Below are positions 1 through 13,560 of a stretch of DNA of 64,000 nucleotides, piece by piece. The first letter of the stretch is position 1; each line of letters opens with the position of its first letter. Source of the stretch: Octopus bimaculoides (taxonomy: Eukaryota); NCBI RefSeq assembly GCF_001194135.2, contig NC_068985.1, forward strand, positions 91,967,103 to 92,031,102, written 5' to 3'. A program made the position numbers and the translations under genes. The notes beneath the pieces were generated by a model. The model ran no database searches. It had not been told where the DNA came from and worked only from the letters and a program-made list of their open reading frames with translations.

Positions 1-558
1 TATATATATATATATATATGGGACACCACAAACTTTTTTTTCTATTTTGAGTGTTTTGTTGGAGTAGAGTAGGAAAACATTGGAGTAAGTTAGACTGGAG
101 ACACCAATAATGAACTTGTTAACTCTTTGATATTGCATCTTATCATTCATAACGAAAATGAGTTCCACTTTAGTCTGAAATAAACTAACGTCAATAAATT
201 TTCATCTAATAACGATATAAACAATTCATTTTTAAGATTCGTTGCCATGGTATCATTCATGCCAATCAGCAGTGTTTATAGTAGAATTAGTCATTTCCTG
301 TACAAGAAATTCACATTATTCATGAAAGACAAACGCATAATAGCGTAAGATATTCGTCTCTAATAAGCTCCCAGTAGAGTTAGTCAGTTCACCTTGAATA
401 AGCGTATTAGAGGTAGCATCAGCAGAAACTCTACGACAAGCTTAAATTGGTATCAGATTAAATTTGCATTAGTATCTCCCATTTATTCTTCGATCGAATG
501 AAGGGCGACGTGGTTACTAAACCTGCTAGAAATAACAACGAAATCTCCTTCTAACCAA

Positions 559-890
559 TCGATGCCGAAACTGCTGAAGGCTCTGGTCAGGGAACGGGCT
601 GCAAAACCCCTGCATCCAACCTCCACAGGGAGACACCTGACTCTCCAACCAGTCCGCTGGCAGTCACTGACCACACCCGCATACTTGGAGAGCTTACTCT
701 CAAAAGCTTCTTCCAGGCGATCCTCCGATGGAGCGGTCAGCTCCAGCAGCACCACTTGCCTGGTGGACTCAGACGAGGACAATGTCTTGTCACAGAGTGG
801 TGACCGCAATGCCGCCAGAGAACTTCAGCTGTCGCCAAAGATCCACCAGTAACTGCCACTCTCTTGCAGATATTAGGATGCCCGCCGATG
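559..890 (-). mobile_element. HERO-like RLE-type non-LTR retrotransposon, decayed C-terminal endonuclease fragment
   Basis: Minus strand reads SAGILISAREWQLLVDLWRQLKF..IAVTTL*QDIVLV/SESTRQVVLLELTAPSEDRLEEAFESKLSKY...CLPVEVGCRGFAARSL, with one stop and one frameshift. Matches the RPDIVL..S..QVVLLELTVPWE..EE...K..KY...P.EVGCRGF pattern of HERO-type restriction-like endonucleases. Confidence 0.85.
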
Positions 891-1427
891 TTTTTCTGAT
901 ATATATATATATATATAAGGAAAATAAGACAACAGAGAAACGCTAAAATAATTTTATCATGAAGAATATTTTAGTACCGGTTTCAGTTTTTTAGACTTTT
1001 TCAACTAAGAGTAAAATAAGAAAAACAATTAAATTGGAGAAAAAATTAAGTAAAATGTTTTGTAAATATTTCCATAGTCTTTGAATAGGTAAATATTTCC
1101 ATAGTTTTCAGCTAATCTGTCTCTCTCTCTATTCCTTTGTGAATGCTTGGTAGGTAGGTAGGTAGGTAGGTAGGTAGGTAGGTAGGTAGGTAGGTAGGTA
1201 ATAGTAAATTTGAAGGAATAGCTTGAGTACAGAGAAATGATGGTTTAACCAGTTGCAGCCGAGGGAGAAATAAAGGAAAAGGAAAATGCAGGAGTGCTCT
1301 GCCATAGTAAATTGTTCGTGGAATCTTCTTTAATGGTCAAATAACCTAAAAGTAGTCTGCTGTGGTCGCAGCAGTAGTGTTTGGAAATGTTCTAAATTCT
1401 TGTTGTAGTTCCATCTGTGGTAGCGGG

Positions 1428-1593
1428 ATTCAAAACAGGTTTATATTTTGCGATCAATATGTTTCTTTAATACATATATGTATTAACTTGCTCAGGGTGT
1501 CAAGAACAATATATTGGTCAAACTAAAAACAGTCTACGTCAGAGGATGACGATACATAGATTCCAGATTAAAATGCAAGAATACAGAAAGATA
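1428..1593 (+). mobile_element. Penelope-like element GIY-YIG endonuclease fragment
   Basis: Frame from 1474 reads IYVLTCSGCQEQYIGQTKNSLRQRMTIHRFQI, the IY..C..C...YIGQT...L..R...H motif of PLE GIY-YIG domains. Confidence 0.8.
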
Positions 1594-1909
1594 TATTCCC
1601 AGGAATGGTTCACAGTAGATTCCCAGTTTCAATGGGTAGTATAAAGCAGTGTAAAAGCAATGTAAAGCAGAACACATAGTTTCGTAGCACAGAAATTAGA
1701 ATATCATAACTCGGAATGTACACGATTGTAAATTAGAATGTGTAGCACAATAACTGAGAAGCTAAAACGCCGTAACAAAGAACGTGAAGTACCATAAGTC
1801 AAAATCATGAAGCAATGTAGTGAGTATCCTGACGCAATTCAAAACCGACTGTGTTGTAACACAGAGCATGTCGTATCAGTAATCCGAATGCGTGATGTAA
1901 CATCTAAAG

Positions 1910-2220
1910 GAGCACTACGTCGGTTACGACGACGAGGGTCCCAGCTGATACGATCAACGGAACAGCATGCTCGTGAAATTAACGTGCAAGTGGCTGAGCA
2001 CTCCACAGACACGTATATCCTTAACATGGTTCTCAGAAAGATCCATCGTGACACAGAGTGTGACAAGGCCGGCCCTTTGAAATACAGGTACTACAGTTGA
2101 GTGGACTGGAGCAACGTGAAATAAAGTGTCTCGCTCAAGGACACAATGCGTCACCGGGAATTGAACTCACGATCGTACGATCGTGGGCCGAATGCCCTAA
2201 CCACTAAGCCACGCGCCTTC
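1910..2220 (-). mobile_element. tRNA-derived SINE, family B
   Basis: Reverse complement has A-box TGGCTTAGTGG and B-box GAGTTCAATTCC. Its 3' body (gtatttcaaagggccggccttgtcacactctgtgtcacg...gatcagctgggaccctcgtcgtcgtaaccgacg) is shared with 41777-42147 and 33021-33345. Confidence 0.85.
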
Positions 2221-2844
2221 TGTAACGTATAGTGAAGTATCTAAAGGTATAAAGTATTGAAATACGTAACTCAGAAACCAAAAATTACGTAACTAAAATG
2301 CCTAAATAAAAACGCAAAATGTAACAAAGAAAGTCAGTCATCATGAATTAATTTGAACATGAAATATTTCGACTTTAACTCTTACTCTCCCATGGTCGAT
2401 AAAAGAAGTTCAAGATGGCTATTGGATTCATATAATAGACTTGTTCCTCAACCATTTGTACTTCTGCGCCATTTTGTAGAAGTCGTTATAGAGAAATCAA
2501 ATAAAGTTACATTTATATCAAGCATTTGTTACGTACCGTCTCAGAAAATTTAGACACGGCTAGAAATATGTTATGCTAATATTGTTCATATATCTAGGAG
2601 ATTAGTGTACTTAATATCTTAATATTGTGTGAGAAATTACTGTCGTCTGTTTATGATTTCTGTGTGTATGTTTAGGTTGTTTTTAATATTCTCTTTATGG
2701 CTAGTTTCGTTTATGCTGTCGTTCATATTCTCGCAGTCAATATTGTTCCGTTTATGATAAATGTTGTTTAAGTTGTTATATTTGTAGTTTATATTCTGGG
2801 ATATTTAATAATCTGATTATGATTGATAGAACTGATATTAAGTT

Positions 2845-2848
2845 GCGG

Positions 2849-2880
<32 letters not shown>

Positions 2881-3045
2881 TGTTGCTTCTGATGATGATG
2901 ACGATGATGACTGTTCACGATGACGAGGAGGATAAACACCACGCTCACAATTCTCCTCCTCCACCGCCTCCTCCTCCTCCCCCTCCTCCTCCTCCTCCCC
3001 CTCCTCATCATGATCATCATCATTATTGTCATCATCGTCGTCGTA
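2845..3045. repeat. Compound trinucleotide microsatellite (GTT)n-(GAT)n-(CCT)n-(CAT)n
   Basis: Read directly; it explains the homopolymer ORFs at 2776-3272. Confidence 0.95.
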
Positions 3046-3304
3046 TATCACGTCTAGCTTTAGGCTCAATTGGTGATAAGAAACTCTCAAGAGCTGAACA
3101 GGAAAATGTCTTCGGTAAAGAAACCCCGCTCAGGCAAGTTTTTCGGCCTTTAACTTCTTACGCTTTAAGGCTGCTGGGCCGCATCCAGAACATTCTGCTA
3201 ACACTTTCAAACTCTTGGATATCGGAAATTCGTGGATTTAAACCGCATCTACTTGTATCTCTTCTCTTTTGACTCAGCTTTCAAACTTATACATAAGTAA
3301 ATAT

Positions 3305-3514
3305 TCCTTCCTGCTATAAGCACAAGGCCTGACATTTTGAGGGGAGTGGTTAAGTCGATTACATCGTCTCCAGTACTCAACTGGTACTTGTTTTATCGAC
3401 CCCGATATCATCAAAGGTAAAGATGACTACGGCGGAATTTGAACTCAGAACGTAGCCACGGGCAAAATACAGCAAAGGATCTCGCCCGGCGTGCTTACGA
3501 TTCTGCCAGCTCAC
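3305..3514 (-). mobile_element. tRNA-derived SINE, family A monomer
   Basis: Reverse complement has head gagctggcagaatcg, B-box gagttcaaattcc, central ggggtcgataaaacaagtaccagttgagtactgg and tail ggccttgtgcttatagcaggaagg. Confidence 0.85.
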
Positions 3515-4059
3515 TTTATACTTAAATAAATAATGTTGGTTGTCATGGTAGCAGTAAAACAACAAAGTTATCAGAATGACTCATTCAGAGTTACTTCCCT
3601 TACTGTTAAAACACAGAGATAGCTATGATCTCCTGCAAGTACCATTCTCGACTTGTTTTAGTTCTTCCTATTTGCTGCGCAAAGTATATTTAGGACCAGA
3701 ACAATGAATGTGCTAACTTTTTCTAAAACATCCTGCACGGACCTAAACCATATTTAAGAAGTAATATGATTCAGGTTTTAAGAGACCACGTACAATATCT
3801 ACCCTACCACTGGTTGAAAATATGCAAGAATTCATGAAGTCTATGTTTTGTTATAATTTATTCCTTTAACGTTTGTGCTGTTTTTAGGGATGTAATTTTT
3901 GTGTGTTTACTTTATCTTAGATTGAGGTGGAAAAATCACTAGATGTCTACAATATATCAACCAGGTGGGCCATGCGGCGCTTGAACCCAGAATGCAAAGG
4001 GATGGAACAAATACCACAGGGCATCTAGTTCGACATTCTTACACTTTCGCTAATCTACG

Positions 4060-4500
4060 TACAATTAATTGTGTTCTCACCGTAACTGACGAACATGAAT
4101 AACATGGTTGGTGAGAGATGCAAATGCAGAAAAGTCGGACTACCGCAGTGGATGAAGTATAAAACCAGACCGTACCGAAGAATAGAGGCCGTAATAGTAG
4201 CGACGGAAAAGACAGATAAGGGAGAAAGCACGCCTGTAGCCAAAAGCTGGTTTGTATTTATTAGTAACTGGATGATAATTAGTTCATTGGGTCTTCTCTG
4301 GGGTAATGTACAGGATATCCTTGAGCATAGGAGTGTCACTATCAAAGCTTTGAGAGCAGAACTCGATTGTGGGTCTCACTTGAACCTTATGGAATTTCAG
4401 TAACTTTTAGGATTTAAAATATTTTCTGGCACTGAAGAAATGGACCAGTCATTTCCATGCGGTGATAAGGTTGGGCTTTCACCAGGACAGGTACCGGATT
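4060..4500 (-). mobile_element. CR1/L2-group LINE, decayed post-RT fragment
   Basis: Minus strand HFFSARKYFKS*KLLKFHKVQVRPTIEFCSQ and RRAFSLICLFRRYYYG resemble FRARKYF...LL.LYKAQ.RP.LEYCSH and RR.V..L.LFYRY..G. Confidence 0.65.
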
Positions 4501-4554
4501 TTAGGAATGTCAGGCATTAGGAGTAATCATGAGGGCTCTAATTGACCGTAGCAC

Positions 4555-4985
4555 ACATTGTCACATGTGGTGTTGTTTATGTTTTATTCACATGTATTGC
4601 GGTTAATGTTGCGTTCACGTGTAATGTTCTTTCATGTGGTGCTTTCATGCGGTGCTTTCATGCGGTGCTTTGTTCACGATTAATGATAACTGTCGTTCAC
4701 AGGAACGGTTGCTATTGTTTTTTGGTGTTTTTCATATGTGGCAATGCTAGTGTTTAGTTCTCTTGCAGTAGTTTAAATTTTTCTTTTCATATGTAGAGTT
4801 AATAATAATTGGTTCACATGTAGTGTTGTCTTTCTTTACATGTAATTTTACTTATCTTTTTCTTCATATGTAGTGTTGCTTAAATTTGGTCCACAAGCAG
4901 GTTTGTTAATATTTTGCTAAAATTTAATGTTGATGATATTTTGCGCCCATGTAGCGTTTTTAAAGTTTCTCTACATGTATGACTG
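4555..4985. repeat. Cryptic degenerate tandem repeat built on TTCA(C/T)ATGTAGTGTTG-like cores
   Basis: About 13 recurrences of (t)tcacatgt/tcatatgt/tcatgcgg at irregular spacing, including a near-exact ttcatg(t/c)ggtgc triplet at 4631-4668. Confidence 0.6.
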
Positions 4986-6193
4986 TTAATGTTCTGTTTA
5001 CTTTAAATCTTGCCAATACTCTCTTTTCATGCAAATGTTTTTATGTTTACCATTCTCAATATACTGTGGTTTATGGTATGTGCTTGATTAATATTAATGA
5101 TATTGATAAACATACTATATACAATAATATATTATTGATAATATTATATTTCTTTCGTGTGGTAATTAATATTCTTTAAAAGTGTTCTGTTATTAAGTCT
5201 GAAATTTAAAAAAAGAAATACGCTGTAATGTAAGAGGTACCCAGCAGATTAATGGATTTTTGTTGAAGATTGTTCAAGATTTTGGATCTTTAATATTACT
5301 GAAAATGTTAGCAACTGAAGCAACTGAAGGGGTAAACAAACACCTTCTTACACTAGAGGTTGATGCTTCAGAACGGAATGAGATGACTTGGCGCAGCCGA
5401 TTGGGCATTCTGTTTTGGCATTGGGCATTCTGTTTGTGATGTTTAACACTGGAGATAAACACACATGAGAGAAAGAGTGTAACAAAGAAAGAGATTGTAT
5501 ATACACATCCAGGTATATACACATACAGATAGAAAGAGTGAGTGAGAGAGAGAGAGAGAGTGAGTGAGAGAGAGAGAGAGAGATTACAAGTTATTCATTG
5601 CACCCGAATAACATAAATATATTCCTTCTCATAAGCATAAAAAGNNNNNNNNNNNNNNNNNNNNNNNNNNNNNNNNNNNNNNNNNNNNNNNNNNNNNNNN
5701 NNNNNNNNNNNNNNNNNNNNNNNNNNNNNNNNNNNNNNNNNNNNNNNNNNNNNNNNNNNNNNNNNNNNNNNNNNNNNNNNNNNNNNNNNNNNNNNNNNNN
5801 NNNNNNNNNNNNNNNNNNNNNNNNNNNNNNNNNNNNNNNNNNNNNNNNNNNNNNNNNNNNNNNNNNNNNNNNNNNNNNNNNNNNNNNNNNNNNNNNNNNN
5901 NNNNNNNNNNNNNNNNNNNNNNNNNNNNNNNNNNNNNNNNNNNNNNNNNNNNGAAACATTAAAATATTTGATATCACGTCAGCGTCGAATCAGCGATGCC
6001 GAAGCAGCTGCGCCAAAACGTTCCATTCCCGCTAAAGAAATTGCTTTCAGTTCTATCATTTGGAAAGTTTTCACTTTGAATTACAGCCGCAATGTAGGCA
6101 TTTATGGTTTAATGCATCATGAATTTTTCTAACCTTCTACGAAAATATTTCTTCTTCAAAATTCTCAAAACGTTTAGATGTAGAGTTGTTCTT

Positions 6194-6445
6194 GTCCACG
6201 GGCATATGGTGTAGTGGTTAAGAGCACGGTCTACTAACCCCAAGATTCCGAGTTCGAATCCAGGCAGTGATCTGAATAATAATAATAATAACACCAACAT
6301 CGAAAAATATCCTAGGAATGAGAACCCAGGTTCCAAATTTCCCCAAAACACCTGATGAAGCTTCGAGGGTATATCAGCCGAAACGCTGTGTTAACAACAA
6401 GCGTGAAAAGGACAAATATCCGTCAAATGTAAATAATGTAAATAA
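6194..6445 (+). mobile_element. tRNA-derived SINE, family C (hammerhead-bearing), full length, degenerate ribozyme
   Basis: A-box tggtgtagtgg, B-box gagttcgaatcc, (AAT)n spacer, then aacac-CTGATGA...GAAA-cgct-gtgtt (6347-6392). Collinear with the copies at 47262 and 56028. Confidence 0.85.
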
Positions 6446-6687
6446 TTGCTTTTGTTTGTTTATTTTTTAACCCGGATCAACTATGCTCAGAAACTGAATT
6501 CCATTTCTATCACACTTATTTCTTCCACAATGCATCTCCCCGTCTTAAGATAGCTATTATTTCTAGCAAGTCGTGCAGCTGTATGCGGATTTTAAGATTG
6601 CTTCGATGGTGGTGGGGATTTGTATGTGTTGAAATTAATATGAAACATGTAAATATCATGAAGCTGAGTTCATAAAGCATTGCTGTA

Positions 6688-6825
6688 AAGGCACGTGGCC
6701 AAGTAGTCAGTGCTTTGCACTTCGGATCACAAGATCGTGGTTTCGATTCCCGAACTAGGCGCTGCGTTGTGTTTTTAAGCCAAATATTTCATTCCATGTT
6801 GCTTGGCAATCACTCAGACATCTAA
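6688..6825 (+). mobile_element. SINE family B 5' portion (decayed)
   Basis: tggccaagtagtcag A-box-like, ggtttcgattccc B-box, then ttgtgtttttaagccaaatatttcattccatgttgc matching other B-type heads. Confidence 0.65.
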
Positions 6826-9195
6826 AGAGTGGCACACCGTGCCGCTCTACTGTCAGTGTAGCATCGATGCAGGCAGTATGCTATTGTGCAAGACAGACAT
6901 TTGATCATTATAAACAATTCATGTGTACAGGCATAAGTTACTCAGCGGGAAATAGCTGAACACGGAGTTGGTGTTTAAGACCAAAGTATAGTAATTGTGG
7001 CTGTCTTGTAGTTATTTGGTACAATTCAGTTGAAAGCAAGCAGAACCGTATCCTTCCAGATATGACCAACCTCCAATTTTGTGTAATACAGACTACATTT
7101 CCTTATATGTCTCTCTCTCTCTTTACAAGACAAAATCGGTAAAATGATTTAAGTCACATTTAGTTGCTATTTCCAGCAGGTTTAGCAACCGCATAGAGAC
7201 TTTCGTCTAACTATACACAAAACTCAGTGTTGTTTAAGAGAAGCTTACTTTTGAGACCTTGGGGGATATTATTAAACGACAAAATTTCACAGCGTTTAAC
7301 ACGAAGTTAGTGAAGAAAAACCACCGTTAGCTGGTACAGTTAAAAACCCTTATATTTTATATTGTTACTTTCATGATGACGGCTTTTAAACATTTTGATT
7401 TCAATAGAAATATTAGTGCTGTATAAATCAATATTTATAAATACATCCGTCTATTTTTATGAGTAGATTATATTACATCCACTCAAGATACATCCATCAT
7501 TTACATATTGTTAAATGACATCTGTGACATTTTTCATTCTCATGTAGATCGATAAATAGTGCCAATCAATCTAGTTCTAGCATTAAATGGTTCATTTGTT
7601 ATCTTCATCTTTTTCTACCACTTCAGAAATATTAAGTTGAATTACTTTCTCTGAGGGCGAAGACGTTGGATCATTCCTCCTAGGAGATCCTTTATTTTAT
7701 ATAAGAATTAATATATTAAAAATACCCCTCACAAAACTAGAGAAATAAATATATATATGGAGATATTATACGAGAAAGAGCCAATGATAATTCGGGCGTA
7801 ACACTGAAACCGGATCTACTGAAATATGACCTGTCAAGATTATAGGTTTTGGACTTTTGCATCGTTATTGTTGCCATTGCTACTGATGTTACCCCTACTA
7901 CTCTCGTTGTTGCTGTTGTTATATTTCTTCATGTTTTTCTTCATTTTGTTGCTGGTTTTCTTGTTGTTGCTAATACTATAAACCGTTTCATGGAACAAAG
8001 ATGTAGGATATATTGAAGCTTAACACCATTGAAATAATTGTATAGTATTTATTTTTGGTTTCATTTTTAATACAAGGAGCTTTATTTAGCGTAGTTTTAA
8101 AACCTGGAATGGATCCAATATTTTCATACTTTGAGTGAATTCTTCCCTTTAGGTTGATATTTATCTCTCTAAATATTCCAAATATATCTATATTAACTAT
8201 TTCGTTTGATAGATTACATACTATACTAACCTATCCTTCGATTTAACATCACCAAGAATATAAGAACATTGCCAGGTTGACGCTGCTGGTTATGGGTAAA
8301 CATTTATCGACCCAGGTCCCCAGTTCAACACCATATTCATTTCTCGGGAGCAATGTTACAATAACAATTCCTAAAGGACATTACAACTATAATAATTTCT
8401 AGGGGCAATGCTAAAATAATAATTTCTAAGGAACAATGCTACAAATTCCTTTGATGCAATGTAATAGATCACAAGGAAACATGTTTCCTTTCTCTTCGTG
8501 GACCAGCTGATATTTCATCAATTTCGGAAGGATGGAAGGTAAATTCGCCCCGATGGGATTTCAAGTCCAGCCGTACAGGCGTATTTTAATACTATAAAAC
8601 ATCTGAGAAAACCAATTAACCTTTAATAAACACAATATAAAAAGAGTGAATGGTCCTTAAAGTGTCCTATTTCATTTAATGTAGATGAAACATCACCAAA
8701 TCATATCAGAAAGTGTCCTAAGTTTTTAGAAAATAACAATAATCTGGCGAGTAATATATTGGTTTACTTGTGTATTGTTATTGCATTTGGCTACAAACAG
8801 TAATGGGTCACAAATATTCATATCAAGCGTTGATTGGTTACCAGTAATGAAAGTAAGGGATCGTAAGTTATAGTAATACCAAATTAATAATGATTTCTCA
8901 AACAAAAGCAATGACAAATAAGAAGGAGCAAACTGCGTCAATTATTCCATGATTGAAAGATAATTGCGTTGCATGACTGCTTGCAACAGAGCTAAATGTC
9001 AGCAATAAGTAACAGGCACCAATGTTCTAGCGGTCTTAGCGCAAAGAATAATAGGCTTCAAACCTATAGATCCTAGTGCAAATGATAAGGTTCCAGGCAT
9101 CTATATTCTAGGAATCAGAGTGCAAATAATATGGCAGTAGAAATCAATACTTTGGCGAACCTTGATAGAGTAATTACGTAATATCTAAAAACTTT

Positions 9196-9785
<590 letters not shown>

Positions 9786-9807
9786 AGGCGGCGAGGAGGA
9801 CGACAAG

Positions 9808-9950
9808 GTATTTTGCTGTACTATATGATAATAAATTGGACAGCAAAGAAATGGTAAATAGAGAAATATCAAGAACTTGTCAGAGAGAAATGAAGTGATT
9901 GTGGAAGACAAACATGAGAATTGTTCCTATGGTATTTGCTCAAACTGTGA
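9808..9950 (+). mobile_element. R4/Dong-like LINE RLE fragment (decayed)
   Basis: Across frameshifts it reads FAVLYDNKLDSKEMV / IEKYQELVRE / MK*LWKTNMRIVPMV, similar to DFAVP.D..V..KE.EKIEKYQDLARE..RLW....VVP.V. Confidence 0.6.
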
Positions 9951-11049
9951 AGAAAAAAATCTACATTCAATTAATTTTTTAAAAGACAACAGAGATAAGA
10001 AGGACAGCTGGTTTTAGTTAAAGAACAGAGTACTGAATGAGTACCTTACCAAAAAGCAGCAAGAGAAAAGAACCGAAAGGTTAAATGGATTAAGAGAATG
10101 TTTGTTCACTTAAATATTGAGGGCACAACCATAGATAAAAGCATACATCTAAGAGTGCTCCCAGCTAATGCAAAATGAATACAAAGCTCCAGCATGGTGG
10201 CTGCAGTCTAAGATGCGTGATGTATGAAAGAATGAAAGAAAAGCATTGGTTTACTGCAATAACCCTCAGGAATTGTTGCAAGATGTCTGGTTTTAGATGC
10301 CAAGAATAGAGCTATGTAACATTTTATGGGGGAAAATGTAAGCATTCAAAAACGATGAAATCAGATTTTATAGGACTTCTTTTGCAAGCCGAAAGGCGAA
10401 TAGAATATGAGAATTTTAATGGCATTAATTCTTGATAAGAAGAAACATTCTAGAAATTGGGGTGATATAAATGTTTGATGCCAAAACTCAAGAAAACGGG
10501 GNNNNNNNNNNNNNNNNNNNNNNNNNNNNNNNNNNNNNNNNNNNNNNNNNNNNNNNNNNNNNNNNNNNNNNNNNNNNNNNNNNNNNNNNNNNNNNNNNNN
10601 NNNNNNNNNNNNNNNNNNNNNNNNNNNNNNNNNNNNNNNNNNNNNNNNNNNNNNNNNNNNNNNNNNNNNNNNNNNNNNNNNNNNNNNNNNNNNNNNNNNN
10701 NNNNNNNNNNNNNNNNNNNNNNNNNNNNNNNNNNNNNNATATATATATATATATAAGGATTTACCTTTCGAAATGAGATAAAAGAGCAAGGCTGTGTATA
10801 ATATAGAACATTTATAAATAGAATGCCATACAGCTGTTTCCAGGATATTTATTATATCGCTTCATCGGAGACGGTGTGAGAGGATGGTTAAGTAATAGTT
10901 AATTTCGATAAGATAGGAAATAAAGACTGAATGCAGGGATATTGTATTTGTAAATCCATTGTTTAGGCAGAATGGTATACATATAAGATTCCAATACCTT
11001 GTGAGTAAAATCCAATTGTTTTAAAATTGGTCGTTGCCTTTGTAAATAC

Positions 11050-11612
11050 TTTGTCTTTCATCCTTTCGGGGTCGATAAATTAAGTACCAGTTACGCACTG
11101 GGGTCGATGTAATCGACTTCATCCCTCTGTCTGTCCATGTTTGTCCCCTCTATGTTTATCCTCCTGTGGGCAATAAAGAAATAAGAAACGTTAGCACGTC
11201 GGTTGAAATGGTTAGCCGTATTTCGTCTGTTGTTATGTTCAGAGTTCAAATTCCACCGAGGTCGACTTCACCTTTCAACTTCTCAGGGTCGATAAATTAA
11301 GTACCAGTTGCGTACTGGGGTAAATATAATCTACTGCCACCCCCTCGCCCAAAATTTCACGCTAGGAAGGATAATTTTTATTGTTAGGGCAGCGAGCTGG
11401 CAGAAGCGTTAGCGTGCCGGACAAAATGCTTTCTGGCATTCCGTTCGCCTTTAAGTTCTGAGTTCAAATTCCGCCGAGGTTGCCTTTGTTTTTCATCCTT
11501 TCCGGGTCAATGAAATAAGTACCAGCTGCGCACTGGGGTTGATGTAATCAACTAGCCCCCTCCCACCAAAATTTCAGGCCTTGTGCCTTTAGTAGAAAGG
11601 ATTATTATTATT
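11050..11612 (+). mobile_element. SINE family A cluster: 5'-truncated dimer followed by a full monomer
   Basis: Three consecutive gtcgataaattaagtaccagt-type central modules. The linker gtgggcaataaagaaataagaaacgttagcac is also present at 32250; the monomer head gcagcgagctggcagaa starts at about 11388. Confidence 0.85.
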
Positions 11613-11787
11613 ACTAGTTTGTCCACCGTTGTGGACGACAACCAAGGACATCACATGGGCGAAGATGATGCCACAGTGTGTCAGGCTATGGCCAATCCGC
11701 TCGATGCGTGCCGGAAGGCCCAACCGAAGCCTGGACACTGGCGATCTGTTGAGATCGAAGTTAATAAGCTGGCTCTGAACTTGCGTA

Positions 11788-11871
11788 GTTTGCGTTTATT
11801 TTGTGCCCCTGCAGTCCTTTTATGATCGCAGGAGATTGCACCTCTGTTGATACAACTTCACCAATTATGGC
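11788..11871 (+). repeat. 84-bp unclassified repeat, copy 1 (copy 2 at 13561-13643)
   Basis: About 90% identity by eye (7 substitutions, 1 indel), same orientation. Confidence 0.9.
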
Positions 11872-12431
11872 GGTCTTGTTTCTTACATGAAGTAATTGAA
11901 AAACATACAAGTCAAATATTGGAGATATTTAATAATCTGTGCATCCTGCCATTTTGGAAGTTGCATGTTGCTACATATAATTTATTCATCTTAAACATAA
12001 CATGATATAATATATTTATAAGATAACGTCATAATGTGGACTTCCTTTCCATTTAGCTTATGTTAGCTCGGAAAGGATCTTAGCAGTAAAAAATAAATAA
12101 GCTTTGTGCAAATTACTTCAGTAAACCTGTTCTGGAATCCGATTAATGCATATTTTCATATTTCTGTTCCACTTAGGATATAAAATCCTCTGGAAAAATC
12201 ATAAATAGTATTTTTTTTTCCTGTGTATATAATCCTCGGTTTGATATTTTTTCTAAAAGTAATTGTCGAAGGAGTTTGGTCAATGGATTGCTGTTAGTGC
12301 AGACCTCAGGTGTATGATAAACTCGAGTCTCTATAACATAACACACTGGTGCAATTTCAAATCCATTAACAATCTGTTTTTAATCCTATAATTGTGTATT
12401 TGTAAGAGCAAGAGAGTGAGTATCATAAAAG

Positions 12432-12639
12432 GCAAAGATTGTTTGCCAACATAACATGGCAGTCCTGGTTTAGGACGAATATTGCTGTAATTTAGCCTCG
12501 GGAAACATCGTCTCCAGCTGGCTATACAACACGATTTGTGTCCTTATATTTTTGAACAAGGGAATTAGCCTGGGGCTAAATTACAGCAATATTCGTCCTA
12601 AACCAGAACTGCCATGTTATGTTGGCAAACAATCTTTAC
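12432..12639. mobile_element. MITE-like foldback element with 64-bp near-perfect TIRs
   Basis: 12434-12497 is the reverse complement of 12574-12637 with one mismatch. The same terminus (gtaaagattgtttgccaacataacatgg) recurs at about 31820. Confidence 0.9.
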
Positions 12640-13560
12640 TACAAAGTACTGTTGTTGAATATCTCTCGTTGTGAGATTTGCAAATAGTAATTTTCTAATT
12701 GTAAAAGATGTATAAAAAAAATAAATAAACCTACCTACATCCGGTACGCTGTTTCGATTTTGGTTTGTGCCATCTTACTTATGCTTCCCAAAAACTTTAA
12801 GTTTGAACATCATGTTTGCCGTCAAAGTAAAAACAGTATGATGATGCTGTAGTCTTTGTTGTTGTTTTTGTTCTCGTGCAGAAGTTCAGCCCCGTTTCGA
12901 ACAATTCTGTAGTCAAAGTCTTAGTGATCTCATTTTGTATGCGCGTGTGCATGTGTCTGTACGTGTGTGCGCGTGAGCACGTGTGGATTATTGTATTTCA
13001 AAGATGACAATATACAATATGGCACTCGTTACGTTAGTAAGAAGTTCAGGTGTGATTTAATGGAGATTTCGCTGCTATTTCTAGTACAATGTCGTGGTAA
13101 TTTGTGCACCACTAATCTTTTATCTGATACTCCAGTACACTATATGAGTCAGGTACATTCATAATTCACTTTAACTGCAATTTATATCCATATAATCTAA
13201 GTAAATTCCTCTGGGTTCCAAAAGTATCGAGAGAATGTCGGATCATCTAATTTACCACCACGGTTAGAAAGCATTAAATCATATTTCTTTAACTAGATAA
13301 AATTTTTGACTATACTTTACCTAGAAGTTGTATTTATTTATTTCCTGATGCTACTGACGGCTAAAATCTACGTGAAATGAAGTTTAGTATGGAAAATAAA
13401 ACCTACTCTTTGTACTTTATAGAATAAAACTAACAGTTGAAAATAAGTCAAATATTGATACTAATTTAACTTATTTAGTTATAAGTATTTAAGGTATAAG
13501 AGGAAAGAGAAAAAAAATTATTCCTGGACACAGTTGAGAAGGAACATGAAATTTCTCCCG

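Noticed and set aside
2776-3272. ORFs with poly-V, M, P, H, E and Q runs (similar ORFs at 9609, 13843, 18548, 20814, 27732, 58460)
   Set aside because: Translations of microsatellites, open in several frames on both strands, with no domain content.
6194-6270. tRNA genes at SINE heads
   Set aside because: A and B boxes are present, but the acceptor stems do not close and each head continues into a SINE body.
8349-8450. Degenerate 28-bp tandem repeat; also (TTTCTGATGG)x4 at 22670-22710 and a 42-bp x2 repeat at 58725-58800
   Set aside because: Ordinary local slippage repeats with no further structure.
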